Shown here piece by piece: positions 48,190 through 58,700 of a stretch of DNA of 64,000 nt (the first letter of the stretch is position 1; each line of letters opens with the position of its first letter). The position numbers and the translations under genes were made by a program. Source of the DNA: a virus; the IMG/VR virus record IMGVR_UViG_3300025132_007963, positions 64,001 to 128,000 of that record; one strand, given 5' to 3'. A model generated the notes under the pieces. The model was not told where the DNA came from, did not search any database, and worked only from the letters and a program-made list of their open reading frames with translations.

Positions 48190-49715
48190 TAATCACAAAC
48201 TCCACCATCTCCAGAATCATCATCAAAAGTACCATCATCAGCATCTGCTTCAGCAGCTTCGCCTAAGAGGGTTGTTGTTGAAGTCCCAAAAGGTTTGATA
48301 TTTATATTACCGATATCTCTAGTTTGGCCTGCGGGTGTGCTATTGTCTAATGTAGCATCAGATCTAGGTATACCTGTCCTAGGTAAGTATAGCCCACCTT
48401 GTTTTTCTGCATTTGAACCATTATCTCTTATCAGTTCTCCAGCAGGAATATCATCATCATAACTAATTTCTAAATATGTATCAATTAAATCTTTTTGATC
48501 AACTGTATCTAAATCATTTTCTGAGCAAAAAAGTTTTATCAACGTTTCTTCTTTTCTTTGTTTATTTGGGCCACCACCTGTAAAGTCTGTTACAGTCATT
48601 CCATCTGCTCCGTCATCATTTAAAGTTACAGTTACATTGCCACCTCTTCCACCTTCTGCTTGATCTACAATCACTACATTATCTTTTACTGAGGCTTTGA
48701 AATTGTCTAGGGCATTAATTGCTATAAACATATTATGTGCTGTATCGTTGATCGAACCTTCAGCAACTGCAAACGAAGGAGATGTTGTATTCGTATTCGT
48801 TGTTACTCCAGTAGCTGGTGCTGGATTGCCGGGTATACCAGTGCAAGTTAAAGTGTAAGATTGTCCTTCGGTATCTGTAAACGATACAGTGGCTCCGGTT
48901 GTTAAGTTAGAAAGATTAGTGATTGTAAAAGTTGCCCGGGCGGCTCCAATTTGTACTTCCCGTTCATCTTCAACTAAATAAAATTCAACATCAAAATTTT
49001 CTTTTTCAAATCTAACATTCTCTTCTTCAACCTTAAGCACTATAGATCGATCCTCTATTTCTAGTTCATACCCATCTGTAAAATATATCCTGTCTTCGAT
49101 ACCAGCTTGCATTTTAAAAAATGTATCTGAGACATTTTGTTCTATTTTTCTAGCATAAACATTTACATCTATATTCATTTCTAATTGAGGTATTCTCAAG
49201 CTGCGATTTGGCCCAGAAGAACTTAGCTCAACATTTGAATTAAATATTTCAGTATTTAAACTAACAACCGACCACGCAGGGGGCTTTTGAGACCCTATCT
49301 CTGACGTTCCAATAAAGTTTCTAATTAGATTTCCACCGTCCGGTGCCATGCTTATATCATTGATAAAATCCTTTCCATAAACATCGTCCAAGGGTACTTC
49401 TCCTATTTTAGTTTTTACTAACGCACGTGCAGACTCATAATCATTATTTTCAATGATATGTCCATTTAATCTCATCACTCTTGTTTCTGCGCTGCTGTGA
49501 TCTAAAACTGATCTAAGGTTAGGAGTTAAGTTTTGAATTCTTTCATTTGTTTCTTTTCTTTTTTCTGAAAGATTTAAAAATTCTGGGTCGTAGGTTACGT
49601 TGTCATCAGAAAAAGTATAAAATTTAGGACGCCATCTTCCCTTGGAAAGCAAATATTTTCCATATGCAGTAAGCTCAATTTCTATTACTTCTTCTTTTTT
49701 GTTAAAAAAAGTCAT
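48189..49715 (-). CDS. Baseplate/tail structural protein (508 aa) with inserted ~120-aa module
   Basis: N-terminus VIEIELTAYGKYLLSKG..RPKFYTFSDDNVTYD is similar to that of 36896..37900. Confidence 0.65.
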   Translation of the reverse strand: MTFFNKKEEVIEIELTAYGKYLLSKGRWRPKFYTFSDDNVTYDPEFLNLSEKRKETNERIQNLTPNLRSVLDHSSAETRVMRLNGHIIENNDYESARALVKTKIGEVPLDDVYGKDFINDISMAPDGGNLIRNFIGTSEIGSQKPPAWSVVSLNTEIFNSNVELSSSGPNRSLRIPQLEMNIDVNVYARKIEQNVSDTFFKMQAGIEDRIYFTDGYELEIEDRSIVLKVEEENVRFEKENFDVEFYLVEDEREVQIGAARATFTITNLSNLTTGATVSFTDTEGQSYTLTCTGIPGNPAPATGVTTNTNTTSPSFAVAEGSINDTAHNMFIAINALDNFKASVKDNVVIVDQAEGGRGGNVTVTLNDDGADGMTVTDFTGGGPNKQRKEETLIKLFCSENDLDTVDQKDLIDTYLEISYDDDIPAGELIRDNGSNAEKQGGLYLPRTGIPRSDATLDNSTPAGQTRDIGNINIKPFGTSTTTLLGEAAEADADDGTFDDDSGDGGVCD

Positions 49716-52700
49716 TCTTCATCGTCCTTATCAACAGCATAAGCAACTTCCGCGTCAATCTTAACTAGTTCAACCAATGAGAAATAATCATACGGCCAGT
49801 TATAGCCATATTCCATAAATTGCTCGATAGTTGGTAATTTATTGGGATGATCAAATGGCAACTTATCCCTATTAATTTTTTCAAAATAGTTTGTTTCAGC
49901 TCTTTGCTTTACTTTAAAGACCATCCACTTTATTTCGTCTGCCTCTTCTGTATCCAACTCTGGCAATAATGATAAGCCGCTAGATAGATCACCTGAATAA
50001 TCATCCGTATCTAGGGGTACGGTAAAACTAGTTTTTTGAGTTATGCTTTCCCCGTCTTTGTTAAAGGAATCCTGTCCAATTTTTGGCATTAAATTTTGCC
50101 AAATTTTTGACAAGTCTTCTTGATCTAGGGTGGTATCAAACTCCATTACAAAGTATAAGAAAGGGGGCACATACGGCTTCCCTGCTGACGTTGCAACACT
50201 ATCTGAATCACCACTATATTTTAGCCAGTTCATGCTGGGTGGAAAAACATAGTCTATCATGGCGCCGGCCATTTTCTTGTATGGGTGGCCAGTACTGATC
50301 GGGGCACCTCTTTCTTGCTCAAGGCTATCTAAATATTCTTTTTTAAATTCTTTCGCATCTTTAAACTTAAAAGTAAAATTATGCACAGCTTTATAAAGTT
50401 TTTCAGGATTTGGTAATGTAAAAAATTCTTTTCCTTGATTTTTGGTCGATAGAAGTTTTCTACCGTGATCTTTGATTTGTCTAGGTTTACCGGCATATCT
50501 AAAAGGCACTGCAATAACAGCTTCCTTTATTCTTCTTTCTGTCGCTATTTGTCCCAATGGTTTTGACTGACCTTCAACAGCGCGACCGTTTTTTCTAAAG
50601 TGCAAACCAAGCAGTTTAGATAAATCACGGAAGCGGCGGCGACGTGTTCTTGGTCCCCTAAAACTAAAATTTGAAGTTTCGGCAGGTAAACCATATTGAT
50701 GCCACAAGCCTTTTGTTGTTGTTAGACCGAGTGGCAATGGAGCTGTACATGATGCATCTTTAAACGATAAACTTGGACCTTCCCATCTTGGGTGAAAAAC
50801 CGTACTAAACCTCAAGGAAGGTTGTGTTGGATCGTTACCTTGAAAGCTTTGTATAAGAGCATTTTCTGCTAGATCTAGTCCCGCTATAGATGAAGATAAC
50901 TGCATCGCGTGTGTTTTGTTTAGAGACGATAGAGCAGTAGCTGCTCTAAATCCAAGACCATGATTAAAAGCATCTGTTGCTAGTTTTTTCTTAGTTAGCT
51001 TTTGATCTCTACCTTCACCAGTAGCACCAGTCATGGCTGTTAATCTGGCGAATTGTATCTTGGGGCCACTTTCTGCAAAGCCATCTAGGGTCTTAATCTG
51101 TTGCAAGACATTTTGTACTAGCAATTCGCCGGATGGAGTGGCATAACTACCAGTTCCTGGTGTGAAAGTGTATGTGACTAAAGACCGCCCTTCGTAGTGA
51201 GGTGGTGTAAACGGTGAAAAGCCATGAGCGCCTCGTCCGCGACCAGCTTCAGAAAACATCTCGTTGTAAGGAACGTGACCAGCATCAACTGGTGGGCCAA
51301 AAGCAGACGCTCGATTATACATTGGAAAATCTCCATCAAGCGGCCTGTTCAGTTCTAATGTCATAATATATGTATTGCGCTCTCCAGTCGGATCATGATC
51401 TAGCGTGTCTGCAGTTGCTAACATGACAGGTGCGCGGTTTTCTAAAAAGAAATTCATACTTTCTGCATAAAAATTATTTGCTGCTAGTCTATATTGTGTG
51501 CCGATACCAGCACCTTCTCTTCTTCTAAGTTCTGTTAAGTTTATACTAGAAGTAAGCGCAGAAGAAGTCATAGCGTTATCAAATATAGCCAAGTTTGCAG
51601 GAGTTGAAAGCGGACCTCCTGCATAATTACCATAAATTAAATCATATGAGCGCGCTTCAGTTGCTCTCATAGCAGTGGTTGGTTGCAAAGAAGCACTTGG
51701 ATGTGGTTCGTTATCCCATATTGTCAGATAATCAGCAATGACACCATCAACTTCTTTTTCTTCACTAGATGGCAATAGCCTAGGATCTATCACTGCTTCA
51801 AAGGGTATTCTTTCCACTCTTTGTATTCCAGCATCTTGATTAACCCAGAAAGTTCTATTTAAACTATTTGCGTCACCAGTTCCAATTCTGCCACCCAAAG
51901 CACCCCAACTAGCAGAACCAATTCTTGGTATGCCATGGTCAGCCGTTTCATTAAAACTAGAACCAGTTATATAAGATGGATATTTTAATGCACCAGTTAA
52001 GTGAGCTAAGCTACCATTAGCATGTTTCAAATCAATAAATTGTGCATCGCTTAGCGTGCCGTCGAAGGTTCGATATCTTTGTTTTATTGTAGTAACATCA
52101 ACAATACCAAAACCTTTCTGGATTAATGAAGCTGTGTTTGCAGCTGTATGTGCATCATTTCCTTCACCGTGTATGTCATCTTTAAATCCCTCAAACTTTG
52201 GTTTTGTTATACTGAGATTAGCAGCACTTACACTGCCAGATAAAGTGTCACCGCTTCTAATATGATTTTGATTACGAGGGTGTCCCAATTGAGGATTGTG
52301 AAAAACCGCATGATTTAACATCGGAGATGCATCTGTCATGTTAGATTGACTAACCTCAATCCTATTGTATCCAGTATCATCGCCCATTCTATACCAGCCA
52401 ATCAAATGATTGTGAAGGCTACTACTTACAGCTGATATTGGCTGCACTGGGCCTGCACCCTTGGGACCGCCGCCGCCAAGAGCGCTGACTTGCCAGAAGT
52501 CTAAATTAGTGTTCCAAATTGTAACTTCATCTATAATAACATTCGCTGAGGTAAACAACCTACCATTAAGCCCTGTAGCAGAGCCGCTACTGCCGCTGTG
52601 AACTACTTTAGTCGATGAGAAATAGTGATTGCCTATTCTACAATCACCAGGCTTAGAACCTGCAAATATGTTGTTTTCATTAACAGTGCCACCATTATAT

Positions 52701-55700
52701 GAATAATAGCCAACTCCAGTGCCACTATAATAATTTACACTACTTCCATATCCATCTGCAGGCCATTTTGCGTAAAATGCTGGCTTCTTGCTTGATGCAT
52801 CTGTGTTTCCTAGTTTTTTAGTAAAAGCCACAAAATACCAAGTGTTAGTTTGCCAAAATGCGCCGGCATCACCACTGGTGAACTGCACATACTGACTAGC
52901 ATCACTAAGTCCCATATGTAATTCAAACCTACCTCCTCTATACGCAAACTTTAAACCATCATAATGACCATTCTTATCACAAAGTGATAAAATAGAAAAA
53001 TTATCTTCAGTAATATTATCGACAGCTCTATCTTGTGCATCTGGAAAGTATATCCAGGCTCCAACCGTTATACCGGGGTCATGAGGTGTTGGAGACAATG
53101 AGCCTGTTAGCAAGTCACCAAAGTCTGCAGAATCGCCAATTTGCACCCAATTGTTATCATTTGCTGCAAAAAGAGTACCAAATCGGTTAAAAGTTCTATC
53201 CTTTTTTGGAACAAAAATAGGATAATCAACTGATATGCCTGATTTTATGGAATTATAAGTTATACCAGGTGCAAAAAATGGTGCAATATAATTTCTAAAA
53301 CTTCCCAAGTAATTTTGTCTATTACTGGTAATTCTTTTATCAGCTGCATATGAAGAGCTAAAATATTCTGCTAATTGTAAAGTTCTTTGTACTGGATAAA
53401 AGCCCCTGTAAGGTAGTAGTTTTTTAATGGCTTTCGCTGTCAAAGTAATAGATCTTTTACTATAACCATTTTCTTTCATGGCATTATCAACAACATTAAA
53501 ATTTCTTATAAAATCCGAATTACTATACACTTTATAAAAATTTTCTTGATTCGATCTTTGATACGAGTAGTTTGCACCAGATAATTGTAGTTTTTCAGGA
53601 CAACCCTGCCAAGCCATATCACCATACCAAAACGCATCTCCGGTATACAAAGCATCAGAGCCATCACCAGTATAAGTTGTACCTGTTGCGCCGTTTGCTA
53701 ATCTATTTGAATAAGTACCAATAAACTCACTTATTCTAAATTCAGGAACCTGGGAATAGTCGCGACCCATGTGTTTAATTTGCTCGAACCAATCATCATA
53801 ATCCTTATATGGAAAAGGACTGCACCCAGATTGACTTCCAGCTTCCCATTTTGCGGCGCCGCCAAGTCTGGTGCTGCCTGCAGGACCCTGAATAATAAAT
53901 GGATTTATATCATGCTTTGAGCCTGTTGATGAATGATAAGAAATATAATTGTTATTAACAGGATCTCCAACAAAGTATAAGTTTGGCCTATCTGAATTTT
54001 CAGCAACAGGAGCGTTCCTGAACGTGATTGACGCAGTTGCTGTTAAGTTACCAGCATTGTCTTTTAGTTGCTCAACATTTATCACTGTTCTGTTAATCTG
54101 ACGAAGCAAAGCCAGCGAAGAAAAGTCCGAAGCTGAAGTTGATGGATCTTCAACTGGTGTAAAGTGCTGTACAAATTCTTTACAAATATCAGTTGGAGTG
54201 CTTACTGACGACGTTAAATTAATGAAAAACAAACTTCCAGTGTGAGGGCGCCTAACATCGGGTCCTTCTGCTGTTCTTGCAGAGCTTGATTGAAATATTA
54301 ACGTTATAAAACCATCACCGTTGTTAGTTGGGCCGGAAAAATTTGAGCCGCCTGTGCTAGTTTCATTATGCAATGCCTGAGTTGCGGGATCTGGAAAACT
54401 TGCAGATACAGAAAACGGAAACAATACAATTCCCTGTTCATCATAATCTGTTTTATCATTACTGGCAAAAGCTATTCGATAAATTACGGGAGTTTCTGGG
54501 AACTTTCTAGCATAAACTGGTGACGGCTTTGGGTCATATTTGTGCATGCCTTGCGAGGTATATCGATACGAACCCGGGTTTGAGCCAGATCTAAAGAAAT
54601 TTGAATTGTGTACCAATACCCCTTCTGGTCCAAAGTTACCTGGTGTATCTGTACCTAAATTCAATTCACCAGAAAGTCCAAAGCCAGGTTGAGCATCTAG
54701 AGGCCAAGCTGAGTTTTTATATCTGGCTCCGTGATGTTCTGGATGAAAAGGAAACAAAACTCTATGTGATCCAGAATCACGATAATGTTCGCTTGCGCCG
54801 GCTTGCGTTGGGCCAAACCTGTTAGCAACAAGATATAAGTTTCCTGCACGTGCTCCACGTTCCAAAGGCTGATTACTACTGTCCAAAAGATAAAATAATC
54901 CAGAAAAATAATCAGAAGTATTTCGAGACGGTAATCTACCGATAAAGTGTGGATGACCCAAAGTCTTACCAAAAGGCAACGTATTTACATATCCAATACC
55001 TCTAGCCGGATGTTGTGGTGTACCCATAGTATCAAACCATGCATGACTGGAGGTTGGCTCAGGCGCAAGACCATTGTTAAAATATAGATCTCCAATATCT
55101 GCAAAATATGTCTCTCCGTATTTCAATTTTTTTTCAAGAGCTTTTTGCGGATAAGCATTTGGATTACTCGACAAATATATACGGCTGAGCAACGGTAATT
55201 GGGTGGTGCTCTTTGCACCAGCCCTATCGTGTATTACCCAATCGTCAAAACGATGATCTTTTCGTGCATTTGGACTATGCGCTCTATATCTTGAATCTGC
55301 ATCCTCAAACCACCAGTCTATCTTGAACCTTTCTCTTTTTATAGTTCTAGTTTTTAGAGAGTTTTCAAAGGTTGGATAAATTGTTTGTTTTAGCATAACA
55401 AATGCTTGATCTTGAAATTCAGGCACTAGTCGACTAAGTGCTGGACTTACTCTAACCCCCTTAGCTTGAAGATCATTTATTACTGAATCTGCAAATCTAA
55501 AATTGTTTTGTTCAAGGAGGTTTTCAGATAAATTTTTAATTTGTTTTTTTGTTTCGCTTGCTATTGTTTCCTCATTCAATTCAAGCGACATAATTCGATT
55601 AAAGCCTGGGTTTGAAAACATACGATATTTGTTTTCAGGAAAATAGGGAGCTTTTTCTCTTATTACTCTATGATTGCCAATACCTCTAATATTTCTAAAA

Positions 55701-58700
55701 TCATCAACATCATCAAATGTAGTAATTCTGAAAGTCATGCCTTGAAGACGGTTAGTATTTGTTATAGCTGCAGATTCTGTAAACCTATAGTGTTGAACGT
55801 CGACGCGGGTGTCAAACCGCATCTTTCTTGCCTTACGAAGACGTTCAGACCCCTCTTCTAGAGTATGAAGCGGTATTCTTGGTCGCTGGCGCTTAAAACT
55901 ATGAAGTGTATTATTAGGCCAAGAGTACCCTCTGGTATAATTATAAAGCATGCTGTTAAGATCTTCTGGTGACCGAGTACGATCCATTATCTTATTCATT
56001 GCGCTACCAACTGGGAACATAAGCTTATCGTGCCCTAAAGTGCTAACCACTGCTGGAGCATAAATATTATTTTTTCTTAAAAATCTTGCTACCTTATTAT
56101 CTTGGCCAACTCTGATCTGCTTCCAGGATGGCCATCCATAGGGGCCTTGTCTATTTAATATTAGACCGTTTAGCAGTATAACATCTCCTTGATCACCGTA
56201 TCCTGCCCTGGTTGTGACAGCTCTAACTTTTCTAGTAAGGTTCAGGCCTGCAAAGTTTGTATCGTTTAAATAACCAAGAGTAGGGTAAGAGCCGCCTGAT
56301 TTAATATTAGTTATAAAGGCTGAGCCCGACATGTCATTTGCAAAATCACGTCCAGTGCCTTCAGTAATTTCTGACCCTACTCTGAGAGGTCCAATATCCG
56401 GATCGAAGCCCAAAGTATTATTATCGGATCCACTGATTGGATCAACAATAATTGCATTAGATCCCCAAAATCCAACGGGGATAAAATTACCGAAAGAAGC
56501 GTTGCCCACGCTATCTGCATATTTTTCAAAATAAGGTCTACTATTAAAATCAAAAGACTGTTGACCGAAACCGGAGAATTTACCACCACCAACATCGCTA
56601 GCGCTGACAAAAGTAAGTTCAGTCTGTTCTTGGCTTTTTACATGTGAAGATGTTTGATAACCAGAGTTTGCTCCGATTGGAATTGTAAAATCATGAGAGT
56701 ATCCAATAAACGAACTTGTTGTTTCAAGAGCAGACGAAGTTATCCAAAGATAGTTCAAATCAGATTGTGGTATCTGCCTTTGGATAAATGCATTATTGTT
56801 CTGATCTCTTACTCCAGTTTCAAGAAATGTATCTTTGTCTGTGGGTAAATAAGTTGTGTTTCTATAAGTTTTGTGAAAAGATGCAGTGTTAGCGTTTGTT
56901 GTTACATAATTTTTCCTAGCTGCAATCGTTAAAAATGAATCTAAAGGATACCTTACAGAAAGATTTCTATAATTCATAGTATTGAAGACAGAATATTGAG
57001 TTGTTTGAAAATCTAATTCTGGACCACCTTGAGAATCGCCCATTGTTTTAGGATCACCGGGTGCTGAAAATCTAGATATGATTACATTTTTTCTTATAGG
57101 TCTAGATAATTTTGTTCTATCTCTCAATCCTAACACAAGATCAGAAGAACCAGAAACTGATAGGTCGACCACAGATCCAGTTCTTATTAGAAACACCGGA
57201 CTAACATCTACGCTAGTCCCTTGTACTATTTCGTAATCATGTGTGTAGTTGCCAAGGTTTAAACTACTTGTTGTTGTTTTGATGTTTCTTATATTGACAG
57301 GTCGTTTTGCCAAAGGGTCTCTCAGTACATGAGTTCTACCAGCTATAGAGCCTGTTAACGATGGATTATCTTTTTCTTGTTGATCCGGACCCAATACAAA
57401 AAGTTGACTATTTGAAGCAGAAATATAAAAAGCTTCTACTCTGTCTATGTGTGTATCCAAGCCCTTAATGCCTGCTTTCGGCTTTTTAAGAGAAGGACCC
57501 AGACTTTCACTATGATTGATCTCCACGTGCCTATGGAAATGTCCACCGACATGAAACTCAGTAAATGGAGATTGCATTGGTATTTCTCTATCTTCACCAT
57601 AAGCGTCAGAGTGCAAGTTTGTTATATCAACACCTTGCTTAAACCGATCAAACAATTCTGCCTTATAATCTGTTGGTGCATCAACAGAGCTACTGTATAT
57701 ACTAAATGGCGCTATAGTATTAATATCATGATCTTTGTTTGTATTACTTATATCAGCTGGGCCACGTGCTTTCTTCTTTTCAAAAATATTATTATTAACA
57801 ATTAATTTTGGTCTGAGAACATCATCTCGATCAGGCCCAAAGTCTAAATCAGCTGCATTTATTTTTATAAAATCTTTATTATTAGGGTTAGTTGTGCTTA
57901 AATAAAAATCTTTCTTTTTATTTAAATGAAAATTATCACCAGAGTGAATAACTGGATCAAGCTGCACTACAAGTCGATAGGGCTTGCTGAGCGCCCGGGC
58001 AGCAAAAGTGTTGCCTGAAACTTGCGTGTTTATAGCTTTTCTTAATTTTTCCCTATCTGCATCTACGGCTTCATCGCCTGTACTCACTGATACATCTGTA
58101 CGCTCTACTCTGTTTTTCCACCAAAAAGTATTTTTGCTTTGATCTAAGCCTGCACTACCAGTCGGTGCATATATTCCTGTGTGAGTTTCTAATGGAGCAT
58201 GACCAAATTTCCAATTATATAAAAGCTCATTAATACCGGCAGCACCGGGATGGTTTTCTGGATCTTCTTGTTTCTTCTCTAGAAATGGAAGTTTTGACCA
58301 ATACTTATTTCTTTCTAGTGCATGACTTTCTATTACGTTTCTAATATCATCTGACATATTTGCAGTTGCAGGACGTAATTGATCTACTACGTCAGATATT
58401 GATTGATCAACCCATTTATAAAATTCTATATATCTTTCTACATCTGGTGTATTTTCAATATTATTGAAAAACAATTGCCTTAGATGTTCCATGGATTTAT
58501 ATTGTTGACGATATCTGTGAATTGGATCACCGATTAAATTATTAAATTCTCTTACAGTTGCAAACATATCTATCATTTCATCGGAGATGCCTTGATACAT
58601 GCTCTTCTCTAAAGAAAAGTGATGATTTACCGGTCTTGTTTCCCTTGTAAACGTAACATCATCTCTGCTTGGAACTCTTATCATGTCAGAGCTATGTACA

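Noticed and set aside
50625-50655. PRTRRRRFR basic patch as an NLS or protamine-like signal
   Set aside because: Single short patch within a bacteriophage structural protein; no supporting context.
1337-56610. Short minus-strand ORFs in alternative frames (1337-1609, 4251-4589, 22683-22895, 24808-25017, 25219-25404, 25701-25889, 50329-50514, 54697-54972, 56377-56610)
   Set aside because: Nested out of frame in well-supported genes, with no convincing SD or protein features.
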